64,000 nucleotides of DNA from assembly GCA_001179505.1 (NCBI GenBank), contig CDMY01000217.1, positions 100,152 through 164,151 of the forward strand, in the 5' to 3' direction. The notes below the pieces were generated by a model. That model saw only the letters and a list, made by a program, of their open reading frames with translations, was not told the origin of the DNA and searched no databases. Positions 12,780 to 24,834 of this stretch are shown here, piece after piece (the first letter of the stretch is position 1; the number at the start of each line of letters is the position of its first letter). Made by a program: the position numbers and the translations under genes. The stretch is from Vitrella brassicaformis CCMP3155. Its lineage: Eukaryota > Protista > Chromerida.

Positions 12780-14345
12780 CGGCAGACACTGCTGCAGATG
12801 AGGGGCGCCGAGGTGCTTGGCCGTCGAGTGCAGTCGAATGCCGCAGTGGTCCGCAGGCAGCCACACACACATGGATGGATGGATGTGCCACACAGAGGAG
12901 AGGACACACACAACGGTCTGTGTCGCATGGGTGGGTGCAGGTGTGACTCGGTGACGGTGAGGGTGCTGTCTGTCTGTTGCGGAGGCCATGCCGATGGCGC
13001 TGGTGGGCAACGTGACGACCCGCTGGCCATCACAACTGACTGACTGACTGACCGACCGGCGCTGAGTATTTTGTGTGTGTGTATGAGAGGTCGGCCGATG
13101 TGTCGACGACTGACTGACTGCCTCTCTCTCTGTCTTTGTGTCTCACGCGAGTTGGTTGTGCGTTGCTCTCAGTGTGTTGTGTTGTGTGGTCTGGTTGCCA
13201 CTGTCATATGTGTCGCGGTCATGGACTGCCGTGACTGGTGGTGTATATATATACCCATTGCATGCTTGCGAGTGATGGATGGCTTCGTTTGTGTTTGGCC
13301 CCAGCCAGCAGCTCGCCTTCCCACTCGATATCGGTCACTCCATTGTGACCATTGGTACGCTGATCTTCGATGGCAGGGGGATGTCATTGTCGGTTGTCTT
13401 GATGTGATGCGCAGATCTTGGCGTCTGTGCCTTGGTGTGCGTCCTTTTTGGCCTCTCTGGCGACGTGAGGTTGTGATTTGGTACGCGCATGCTCCCCTGA
13501 TGCGTTCACGTCGCCACAGCAGACACATGCGTTTCCTTGTGTCTCACTTGCTCGTGTGTGCAGCTGTTGATACGTGTGCTGATCTGCCATGGCGTCCCAT
13601 TCACCTGGCGGACTCGCACTTGACTTTGGGTACGTGTGGGGGACACACTCACTCACTCCTCACCCATCACCTGTGTGTGGCCGTGTGCTCATGCTTGTGT
13701 GTGTGTTGGTGTGTGTGTGGTGTTCCGCGCGTGCATCTATATGCGACGCTGGGTGGACCTCTGTACGTTGATCGTCTGTCTACTTCTGTACCTCATGTCG
13801 AGCGGCATGCATTCGCACGTCACCCCTGACCTGGGGCATCCACTCGACACCACACCGGCCACTGGCCATTATCCATAATATGTCCACTGCACCACACTTC
13901 TCAGCCGTCAGCTGCCATGAGTGTGTCGGCTGATGAGTAGGGGGCGGGGGAGAGATGACAGACAGACAGAGAGGGATGAGTGGCTGGCTGGCCGTACAAA
14001 GGAATCGCTGTGTGGGGTGGCGGTGGCCGTCTGTCTGTCAATCGGTAGTCTGAGACGTTTGCTCGCGAGAGTGTGTTGATCTCTCGTCGATGCATCCGTC
14101 ACACACGACCGGCTGACAGACAGACAGGCCGACACACACACTCAAAGAGAGAAACCGTTTTGGTTTTGCCAGCTGTGTATGGTTTTCTTTGCGTGTGTGT
14201 CCTCCCCTCTCTCTGTGAGCATCTCAGAAGTCGTGCTGCAACAACAGAGCGTCAGCCCACGAAGGGTGTTGGTGCTTAAGGGTTGCCGGGCGGCGACAGA
14301 GATGCCCACAGAGGGGGGCGGGCGAGGGAATGGGCATGCTGCTGT
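12780..14345 (+). repeat. Inverted, divergent copy (R0) of the ~1.2-kb repeat family, with a ~690-bp insert
   Basis: Shows the reverse complement of the family motifs: gctgcag..gtgcttggc..gtccgcag, gagaggtcggccgatg, ggttgccactgtcat, gagtgtgtcggctgatgag, aaaggaatcgctgtgtggggtggcggtggccgtctgtctgt and gagcgtcagcccacgaagggtgttggtgct. Confidence 0.8.
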
Positions 14346-14829
14346 GATGATCCGTGGGAAGGAGAAAGAGAGAGAGAGACGTCGCTTTGGTTCGTGTGTC
14401 GTGTGCATCGTGTGTCGGTGTGGCCGGCGGTTTTTTTTCTTGAGTATTGGTTATTAAGCGGCCGACACACACACACACACACACACACGCAGAAGGAGTG
14501 GCCAGGCCGTTCGCGCTGTTCGTTGAGTGACCTCCTCACTCTCATTATATCGGTTGATACATGGCGAGTCCATTGATGGATAAACAGAGGATGAATGTGC
14601 ACACCCTCTTGTGGTGCCGCCCATCCATTCAGCCAGTCAGTCCATCCCATTATATCCACACCACATGCGGCGACTTGAACAAAGAAGTAGCTGCATTTCT
14701 CCCCAGATCATCTAATCTTCTCTGCTACACCACATGCAATATGCACTCAGCACACCGAGAGACCTCTCATCTCATCCGCATGCAAATCCTCGACCCACCC
14801 AGACAGGCACTCTCACATCGACCCTGAGC

Positions 14830-15454
14830 TCACATCATGCGAAAGGACATGCAAAATAGAAACAACGAGAGCCACAGACAGACACACGTCCGCGTCGCTG
14901 ATGATGAAATCGTTGGTGATGATATGAAAGGCGCCTGCAGCACTTCTATCTCATCTGCATGAAACCTATACGACCCGCCCAGCAGAGCACCGACGCTCGA
15001 CTCCCCCGTATAGCCCGCAGGCATAAAGCTGCTGGTAGTGTACTGCGCACAGTTGCGGATGTCGCCATCATGTACCCACCCATCTTCCGGTACCCACCGA
15101 TACAACTCGTCCAACTTCAGGTACCCACCCAACCTCCGGTACCCACCAATCATCACACTCACACCGCCCGCACTGTGCCCCGCCACCATCACATCCACCC
15201 CCTGATACATTTCGCGGGCGTCGATCTTGGTCGGCTTGGCGAAATGCCCGGCCAGCGAAAACCATCGCACGTCACACTCATAGTCGTTGTAGTCGGTCGG
15301 GTCATCGGGCAGCTCCAGACCGCAATTGATGTGAACGCCGAAGACATACTTGTCCTTTCTGATTACAAACACGAGAGGCTCTGCGTCGCCCACACTGTTC
15401 AGCAGGTCATCGTAAGTGGTGCCGTGCACAGACGACCTACGCCACACACACACA

Positions 15455-15499
<45 letters not shown>

Positions 15500-15621
15500 A
15501 TGATTGCGTACCGATACAGTGAGGTGACATTGTCAGTGCCCATCAAGTCGAGCAGCCCCTCATACTCTGACGCGGACAACGATGTGTTCTCAGGTGGGAC
15601 ACCAGCTGCACTCGAGGACCG
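14830..15621 (-). CDS. TLDc domain copy D4 (separate gene or distal exons of the multi-TLDc gene)
   Basis: PPENTSLSASEYEGLLDLMGTDNVTSLYR, then an intron (15511-15437), then SSVHGTTYDDLLNSVGDAEPLVFVIRKDKYVFGVHINCG..FHADEIEVLQ. No clean in-phase splice link to D3 was found. Confidence 0.7.
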
Positions 15622-15679
15622 CTGTAATACCCATCCACAAAGCACTCATCGCATGCCAAATCGAAACATCCCCCCTTCC

Positions 15680-17880
15680 TTACCTACTATTCCCAACCAC
15701 GTGAAGCACCTCTATCTCATCCGCATTGAAATCGGATTTATACGACCCCAGATGAGCATCGCCATTCCAATCGCGCTCCCCCGTATAGCCCGCAGGCACG
15801 TCGTCGCTGTCGGTGATCTGCACACAGCTGCGGATGTCGGCAGCCGACCGGTCACTGTCCTTAGCGTCACCCAACCGCAGGTACCCACCGATTCTCACAT
15901 TCCCGCGCTCCCCTCCCTCCCCGTCACCCCCACCCACTGCTTGTCTTCGTCGACATCAATCTTGGTCGGCTTTGCGAAGTGGCCGGCCAGCGAGAAATGC
16001 CACAAATCACACTCATACTTGTGGAGTCTCGTGGAGTTGTCGGTCAGCTGCAGACCGCAATTAATAAAGGCGCCGAAGACATACTTGTCCTTTCTGATTA
16101 CAAACACGAGAGGCTCTGCGTCGCCCACACTGTCCAGCAGGTCATCGTAAGTGGTTCCGTACACAGACGTCCTACGACACACACACATACACACAGAGAG
16201 AGAGAACGCCACACACACATGCATCACGTCATGCATCTATCTCTCTCTCTCTGTGTGTGTGTGTGTAATTGCCTACCGGTACAGTGAGGTGAGTTCCGTG
16301 CCATTGTCATTGCCCATCAAGTCGAGCAGCCCATCATATTCAAACCCGGACAACGACGTGCCGTTAGGCGGGGACACCCATCCGCCGTCATACCCATCCA
16401 CCTGCAGCACCTCCATCTTATCCGCATGGAAGAAGTCCGACCCGCCCAGAACTGCACCACCGCCGTGATACTCCCCTGTGTAGCCTTCAGGCACATCGTC
16501 GCTGTGGGTGTACTGATAGCAGCTGCGGATGTCGGCAGCCGGCCGGCCACTGTTCTCGTCGTCACCCAAATACAGAGCCCCACCGATCTTCACATTCGCA
16601 CCCCACGCACTCCCCTCCCTCCCCGCCACCCGCACATTCTGCTCCCTTCGGAGCTTGGTCGGCGTGTCGAAGTGGCCGGCCAGCGAGAAATGCCACAGGT
16701 CACAGTCGTACCAGTGCCTGCCGGTCGGGTCGTCGGGCAGCTTCAGACCGCAATTGATGAAGGCGCCGAAGACGTACTTGTCCTTTCTGATGACAAACAC
16801 GAGAGGCTCTGCGTCGCCCACACTGTCCAGCAGGTCATCGTAAGTGGTGCCGTTCACCGACGACCTACGCCACACACACACACACACACACAAAACACAC
16901 ACCTCTCTCTCCCTCTGTGTGTGTGTCTGTATGATTGCATACCGGTACAGTGAGGTGACATTGAGTTCTGTGCCATTGTTACTGCCCATCAAGTCGAGCA
17001 GTGCCTTATACTGTGACGCAGACAACGACGTGCCCTCAGGCGGAGACACCGGCTGCCCGCCCACGCGCAGCACCTCTATCTCATCCGCATGGAAATTCTC
17101 CGACCCGCCCAGCACAGCACTGCCAGGTTCGCTCGACACGCCCACATAGCCCTCAGGCACATGCCACTTCCTCTGACGGCAGCTGCGGATGTCGGCAGCT
17201 GGCTGGTCACTGTCCTCGTCGATACCCAGCCGCAGGGACTCACTGAGCGGCCCACCGATCTCCACATTCGCACCCCACACACGCCCCTCCCTCCCCGCCA
17301 CCCACACCCACTGATCGTCTTCGTCGAACTCGATCTTGGTCGGCTGGGCGAAGTGGCCGGCCAGCGAGAAATGCCACAGATCACACCAGTACTTATGGCT
17401 GTCGGTGGGGTCGTCGGGCAGCTTCAGACCGCAATTGATGAAGGCGCCGAAGACGTACTTGTCCTTTCTGAAGACAAACACGAGAGGCTCTGCGTCGCCC
17501 ACACTGTCCAGCAGGTCACCGTAAGTGGTGCCGTTCACCGACGACCTACGCCACACACACACACACACACCTCCCTCTGTGTGTGTGTGTGTGTGTGATT
17601 GTGTGTGATTGCATACCGGTATAGTGAGTTGAGGTCTGTGCCATTGTCACTGCCCATCAAGTCGAGCAGCCCCTGATACTCTGACGCAGACAACGACGTG
17701 CCCTCAGGCAGGGACACCTGCTGCTGAACTCGACGGACTTGCACACAAGGCACAGCCACAGAGCAAATGACTAATCCAATGAACGAATGGGCCACAGCGT
17801 ACCTGTTGGGCCTCCGAGTCAGTCCACGCCAAGCTGAGAGTCACCAGCAGCAGCGCAGCACACCTGCAGTGTCGTGCCAT
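15680..17880 (-). CDS. Signal peptide + three tandem TLDc domains (D1-D3); D3 carries a frameshift
   Basis: Exon 1 (17880-17803) is MARHCRCAALLLVTLSLAWTDSEAQQ. Exons 17545-16943 and 16864-16277 each encode the rest of one TLDc plus the start of the next, every intron being phase 2 after SLYR. The last exon from 16171 hits TGA at 15895-15897; the remainder (NVRIGG..FNADEIEVLHVVGNSR*) is in another frame. Confidence 0.8.
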
Positions 17881-18183
17881 CGCGTTGACGAAAGAAAGTT
17901 TTTCTCGTTCAGTCCAGCCACAGGCAGCCTATGTGATGAACAAGACAGCAGTGAGCGAGACGACGGGAGAGGGTGTAGGCAGAGAGAGAGATCTGCCCTT
18001 CGCAGCGGTTTCAGGGAGCACCCTAGGCGGCCTGACAAAATCTGCTTTTCACCTGCAGCTCAGACAACCGATCCATCTGGCGGTAAGCAGCTACTAGTAG
18101 TTGCGATGACGAGTCCTGGGTGACCCCGCCCTCCGAGTCTTTTGCGAGTCCGATTGGGAGATCTCCCGTTTCCTGAAGCGTTG

Positions 18184-19381
18184 ATGGCGTCTTCGGGTGT
18201 GCCTCACGGCGGTGCGTATGAGTCGGGGCCGGGCGGGAATGAGAGAGGCAGCGAGGACTTCGTTCGATACTACCAGGCACAACGCATTGTACCCGACGGT
18301 AGGGCGATGGCTGATTGATGTGGCGTGACGTCTGTGTGCATCCATCCATCGATTCATCCATCTCTGTCTGTCTGTCTGTCTGTCCATTGATTGATCATTG
18401 ATTGGTTAGATGAGTGGGAGGCCTTCTACGGTAGGCTGCTGACGGACCTCAACACAACCTTCCGAATCGTCAGTGGCACACTGCACACGGTAGGCACACA
18501 GGCCATCACATGCGGCTCTGTGTGTGAGCCAAATGCATGTGTGTGTCAGGACTTCCTCCGCTCATTTGTCGAAGATTGCCGCAGAGAGTGAGTGGATGGA
18601 TGGAGGCACACAGAGAGAGTGCTGGCGGCCATATTACTCTTTCTCTCTCTCTGTGTGATGTCTGTGTGATGTGTGTGTCAGTGCGTTGGAGAGCCTGACG
18701 AGCGACCCTGAGCTGGCCAAGGAGGTCCAATTCACAACAATAGAGTGGTCAGCCAACAACCCCATAGAGTGGTCAACACACTGAAGAACAATCTTGTGTG
18801 TGCAGGTATCCCGATCACTTGGCTTACGACGTGGCAATTCCCCGGCCGGTGCTCAGAAAGAGCCCCGCGCTCAAGTAGCCAATGCCAGCCAGCCAGCCAG
18901 CCACGATGGATAGATGGATGGATGGATGGCGTGCAGGCAGTTTCACGAGTTCCTCGTCAAGCAGTCTGAGGCAGGCACCATATTTCGGCAGGTCCGTGAC
19001 TACAACACGACACGACACAACACAAGGAACACACACGCATCCACGAGAGGGTGTGTGTGTCTGTGTGTGCAGGAGGCTGTGAGCATGGTGCCGCCGCTGC
19101 TGCTGGATGTGCGCAGCGGCCACACGGTGCTCGACATGTGCGCAGCGCCCGGCAGCAAGACCGCACAGCTGATTGAGGCGCTCTCCAAGCCGCCAGAGGG
19201 TTCTGCTGACAGCAACAGCAGCAATAGGGAGCCTGACGGTTGTGTGGTGGCCAACGACGGCGAGAGCAGACGGGCGCACATGCTGATACACCATCTCAGG
19301 CACCTGAGCAGCCCCAACCTCATTGTGACCACACACAGCGCACAGGTAGCTCTTCCCTAACACACACACACACACACACCT

Positions 19382-19414
<33 letters not shown>

Positions 19415-20815
19415 TTAAGAGGAATCTCGCTGCGTGCTTGTGCAGTTCTTCCCCCATCTGTTTGACGCATCCACGGGCGAGCGTCTCTTCTTCGACAGAA
19501 TACTATGCGACGTACACAGAACTCCACAGCACAAGACAACACGCGATGCAGCCAATGTCGAAGAGATCATCCCTGTCCCTCTCTGTGTGTCAGGTGCCAT
19601 GTACGGGCGACGGCACCCTGAGAAAGGCACCGAGCCTCTGGAACAGGTGGGTGCTGTTATGGCATAGGAGAGAGGAGGGGAGGGAGGAGAGGCCAGGCAC
19701 ACACACACAGAGACAGAGAGGGAGAGGGATCGGTCACTGTGTTGGCCTGTGTGTGTGTGTGTGGTTCAGGTGGCATCTGCACATGGGATTGGGTCTGCAC
19801 AAGCTCCAGCTGCAGATACTCAGGAGGTCGGAAAGGAAAACCCCACACGGATACACGCGTGTGTGTGGATGTGTGGCTTTCTTTAATCAGGGGTCTGAAG
19901 CTGCTCAAGACGGGGGGCCGGTTGGTGTACAGCACCTGCAGCTTCAACCCCATCGAGAATGAGGCCGTCGTCAACGCTGTCCTGGTCGGTCAGCAAAGCA
20001 AAGCACACCATCATCACACCACGCACATGGCACGCACTAAGATTGCCGGTTGGTTCGTTAGGATGAGGCGGGTGAGGCATTGGAGGTGGTCGACTGCTCT
20101 GACGAGCTTACGGAGCTCGCCAGACGGCCTGGACTGACCACATGTGCGTACCTCTGTCTGTCTGTGAGAGCAGACACACATGACAACAACCGCCACCGTC
20201 ACCGGCAATGCCTGTTTTGTGTGTGTGTGTGTGACGTGCAGGGCAAGTGCTCTGGAAAGACACCTGGTAGGTGCCACCCCACCACATCCATCCATCCATC
20301 CCTGTGTGTGCATGTGTGTGTGTGTGCAGGTACTCCACCTTTGACGAAACCCAAGGCCGCGTCCGCAGGAAGGTCAAGCCATCGATGTTCCCCCCACCTC
20401 CACCGCAGGAGCCACACGCCAGCCACCGCCACACCCAGCTGCGGCGGTGCCTGCGGTTCTTCCCCCACCTCTCCAACACGGGCGGCTTCTTCGTGTGCCT
20501 CCTGGAGAAGCGCGCAGCCATGCCCTGGGACAGCTTCCCCGACCAGGCTGCGACATCGTCGACCACAGAAGATGCAGTGGGAGAGGGACAGGGAGAGGGA
20601 GAGGGAGGAGAGGGCGTGACGATTGACACCGAGGAAAATGAGAATGAGAATGACGACGGTGGGGCGGTCGAGGGAGACGAGGAGAGAGAGGGGGAGAGAG
20701 AGGGGGAGGCGTCCACGAGCGAGGCGCAGCCAGCAGCTAAGGACTCGTGGCGCTCACAGGAGGACTTCATGTCACTCAAACAGCTGGTCCAACAGGTAGG
20801 TCTCAGCAGCCAACA

Positions 20816-20848
<33 letters not shown>

Positions 20849-21726
20849 CCGGGGCGCCATCCATCCATCCATATCTGTCTTCGTATGCACGCAGCTGTCA
20901 TCTGCCGACGGTCGCCCATGTGGCCTGTGGGACCGCATCGGCATGCCCTTCGGCCTCCCAGCCGACGGCGACCTCCTCGACGCCCTGTTTGTGCGGACGC
21001 CCCCGTCCGACGCCCCCAAAAAGGTGAGCAAACACCCCTCCCCTCTCCCTCTCGCAATGGCAGACAAATGCCTGTGCGCGTGTGTTGTGTGTTCTCAGGT
21101 GTGGTACGCTTCCTCTCGGGTCGGTCAGCTGCTGCAGCGCATCGGCAAGTCTCCCTACAAGATCATCAGCGTGGGCTGCCCGGCATTCGAGCGCGTCTCT
21201 ACCGGCGGCCCCTACCGCATGCTGCAACACGCTGCCAGGTGGCTGCTGCCGCGTATCCAGCACCCCTCTATCGCAGCAGCGGCAGCCGAGGACGATGTAG
21301 CCAAAGGCACACAGCAGGTGGTTCGGGTGGGTCGAGAGGAGCTGGGGCTGCTGCTGGCGAAGGGTGAGGCCGGCAAGATGCCGCGTGTGTCGATGAAGGA
21401 CGAGAGCTTGCCGGAGGGGCTGCGGGGGCGGCTCGAGAGCCTCACGAGGGAGGCGCCCTTCCTGGCGGTGGCGAGAGGGCCGGACGATGGTGGTGGCGAG
21501 GCGGCGGCCATGAGCATTGTGGTACCACTCGTGCAGTCATGCATCTCCAGGCACACAAACAGCGGAGCATCGCTCTCTGTCTGTCTGTGTGTCTGTCTGT
21601 GTGTGTCAGCTGCCGGGGTGGTGCGGCCGTCAGAATGTGGAGCTCATGCTGGACGACAACACGCGATATGCGCTGCACGCGCTCATACACAAACATACCA
21701 GCAAGACACAGAGTCAGGTTGAGTGA
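18184..21726 (+). CDS. NSUN2: tRNA (cytosine-5)-methyltransferase, NSUN2/Trm4 family, ~17 exons
   Basis: [13 protein letters not shown] | EWEAFY..TTFRI; [17 protein letters not shown] | [28 protein letters not shown]; VVAND; FDRILCDV | [10 protein letters not shown]; [23 protein letters not shown]; [19 protein letters not shown]. Both catalytic Cys motifs (PC and TC) are present. Confidence 0.95.
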
Positions 21727-22085
21727 CGGTCATTTGTGATGAGACGTTGCCTGGGTGGGTTAAGGGTGCTGCACGTGTGTGATGAGACATTGCCTTCGCG
21801 AACCGGGAGGAGAGATCGACATTGATGGCATCCCTCCCATCCCATCATCCCACGGTCAACCATTGCGCACACGGGTCTTCACTCCCACACACACACATGC
21901 GACACACGAAGACTGCACACACGCACACATCAAGCCCACAAGTGCACTGCGTCGACACATCAGCCATTTATGTGTGGCGGTGGTCAAAAGCCCAAAACCG
22001 ACAGACATGCAGACAGGAGCGCTACAGCCGATGATTCGCACACACTAAGGTTGAATGCCCTACTATCAGCTCCCCCCACCCATAG

Positions 22086-23678
22086 TCAGCTCAGTGTGGT
22101 CGTCACCTTCCGGCTGCTGCGAGTGGTGCGGCTCTCCTCGACTGCTGGTGATGGTGGTGGCGGCGTCTGTGTGATGCCGCAAAGGCGCTCGAGGGCCTCG
22201 CTGAAGCCGTCTTGGTCGTTGCTGCTGACCAGGTGCTGTGCCACCGACCGGACAGACGCATGAGCATTGGCAGTGGCGACAGAGTGACCCGCCAACCTGA
22301 AAGCAATCCATCCATCCATCCATCCAACCATCCAGCAGCTGCTCTTCTGTCTCTGTGTGTGTCGTGAGCAATGGACGGCTCACGTGAGCATTTCCTTGTC
22401 GTTCTCGGCGTCGCCGAGGGCCAGCATGTGACGCAGGTCCATCTGTGCGGCAATTAACAACGGAGGCACTCATGACCGACCGACGCTTACGTACATGCAG
22501 CCAACAACACCAACTCACTCACTGACCGACCTGCATGTGCTCCATCAGCCGCCTCACACCGTCGCCCTTAGACGCACCTGCGCACACAAACACAACACAT
22601 ACACATGAACGCAGCCGTGGTCGGCCCCCATGCACCCACCTCACTCACTCACCCAGTGGCAGGATTTCCAGCATGGTGGGGAGTGCCTGTGTGATGGTGG
22701 CCTTGCCGGCCAGCCGACCCTCCACCCACCCCCGCAGCGCATCGATCCGCTCCGCCTCGTCGAGAATGATGAACTTGTTCACGAGCAGCTCGCCTTGCCC
22801 ATTCCTCACACCCCTGGTCCCTGAGCTCTCACGACTGGTGTCACGACCTCTCAGCGCATCGGTGAGTGGCCCGATTGGGTGCGGCCGGGGCTCCTTGTAA
22901 GTGGCGAGCCGGTCGGTGTGGTGTGTCCGTTGCTCGCAGAGGATGGCGTCGCCGCTGTATGCCACAAACGAGGCCTCCAGGGAACGGCACATCTCGACGA
23001 CCGACTCAGACGTCGCGGCGTCCATCGTCCGGGTAAAGACGAGATCGTTCGGCCCGTCAGGGCCGTACACCAACAGCCCCTGCACACACAAACAACACAC
23101 GCCTTTGGATGACTTTGGGAATCCCTGTTTCGGCTCACTCACGGACTTACGTTGAGATACACGCCAGGCGACCCCTCTCGCCTCAGTTCTTCACCGAGGA
23201 CTTGACCCATGGCGTTGAAGGCCCCCGGCCGGCTCCTGCCTGTGGCCGGGAAGATGGCATATCCTCTCCGCATGGCCTCCCGATAAGCCCACACATTGGC
23301 TGGGGAGCACCCATGGCTGCTGTTCAGAAAAGTGCCATCGAAATCTGACAAACAGGACACCCAATATCATAAATCCGTATGCCTGTGCTCCCGCACTCTG
23401 CGCCGTGCGAACAAACACGCACCTGTGGCTATGGCCCTGATCACCGAGGTGCCGCTGCTGTGGTCATTGAGAGAAGTGTTGTGGCGCCGCACGAGGGACG
23501 ACAGGCGGCTGGCGGGGCGGCGGAGAGAGGCAGATGGAGGGCAGTCATGCCGGTGGGGGAAGGCTCGGATGGAGGATGGGATGAGTAGGGAGAGCAGTAT
23601 CACCAGGAGGTGACGGGCGGCGAAGACAATGGAAGATGGCAGTGAGGCAGCTTCTGTGGCAGCTTTGTCCTGCTTCAT
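22086..23678 (-). CDS. Cof-type HAD-superfamily (subfamily IIB) phosphatase with N-terminal signal + transit-like leader
   Basis: IRAIAT | DFDGTFLN (motif I, across an intron), ATGR (motif II), PGVYLN | GLLVY, MLEILPL | GASKGDGV (motif III) and LALGDAENDKEML..GHSVATANA (motif IV). Stop at 22086-22088. Confidence 0.92.
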
Positions 23679-23951
23679 TCTGTTGTGGAGATCTCTTCCC
23701 TCCGCAGGCTGAGCTCGCAGAAGCGATCGCTCTCCCCCCCTCCCTCCCTCCCTCCCTCCCTCCCTCCTTCCCTCCCTCTTTTTTCCCCCTCCCAAGGCCT
23801 CCACGCTACAAGTAAAAGCAAAAATCGGAAGAGATCCAGTCATCCCGAGTCATCTTTCATCTACGACAATCTCGTGGTGCCATCGTTTGCAGTGTACGCA
23901 GGACGTTGTTTCGGTGTCCATCAGCTTCTGTGAGGCGGTTGACGCGCACAA

Positions 23952-24494
23952 ATGAACAAGGTGACGCGAGGCTGCACTTGAATTCACTCAGCCAAGGTCG
24001 CCGTGGCACGTGTGTTGTGTGATTGCAGGTTCCCAAAGGTTCGCTGCCTCCGCTGCCTAACGTCATTTATGTGACGGGCCTGCTCGAGCAGACGCACGAG
24101 CTGACCGAGAAGCTGCGCAGCTTCTTGACGCGCGGTGTGCGGGACGCCAAGCAGGCCCTGGAGACCAGGGACTACGACAAAGTGCAGACGTTGCTGGATG
24201 AGCTCAAAGACGGTCAGCCACCCACCCAGACAAACAAACACCACGCTCACCTTGATGTGCTGCTATGTGCTGTGCTGTGTGTGTTGCGTGTGTGCGGTTG
24301 TAGGGATGCCAGAGAAGTGGCACCGATTGGTCCGGCAGGTAGAGATGGTGTCGCACGAGCTGGCCGAGCAGCGCAGCGGGAAGGGCTACCCCTCCGAGAT
24401 GCCGCCCAAGGTGGAGGTGCCCATACCGGTCGGCGGGCGCAAGAAGATGCTCGGGTGGAAAGTGGGTCTGCCCAACCCAAAACCTGTTGAATGA
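23952..24494 (+). CDS. Small conserved-looking hypothetical protein (~125 aa, 3 exons), divergent from the HAD gene
   Basis: MNK | VPKGSLPPLPNVIYVTGLLEQTHELTEKLRSFLTRGVRDAKQALETRDYDKVQTLLDELKD | GMPEKWHRLVRQVEMVSHELAEQRSGKGYPSEMPPKVEVPIPVGGRKKMLGWKVGLPNPKPVE*, with canonical splice sites. Confidence 0.7.
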
Positions 24495-24834
24495 GCTGAC
24501 CTGAGCCGGGTCAGTTGCTGCTGTGATGTGAGCGGTCTGTCACAGTGATCTTGCGGATCTCTGCGTCAATGCACCTCAATGGGTCTGGGCATGAGATTTA
24601 TCTTTCCGGGATTCATGTCAAGATTGACATTTCCCTCCCTTCCGCCAGCAAGTCGGTCATCAGGTGAATGACTGACTGACTGACTGAATGAATGGACGCC
24701 AATAGAATGGATGGACGTCTGCACTACTGACATTTCCTTGCGGCCCTCGCCTTCACACGTTACACACAAAGTCCTCTTCGTGCCTCTTGCGCCTAGGACA
24801 TTGCGTGAAACCGCTCGTGAATCCAAATTGGCTG

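Noticed and set aside
11209-17598. Long plus-strand ORFs (11209-12159, 14959-15522, 16426-16953, 17089-17598)
   Set aside because: Antisense shadows of the GC-rich TLDc exons.
20271-21722. 483-aa single ORF as a stand-alone gene
   Set aside because: It is the 3' part of NSUN2 read through in-frame introns ([12 protein letters not shown] segments).
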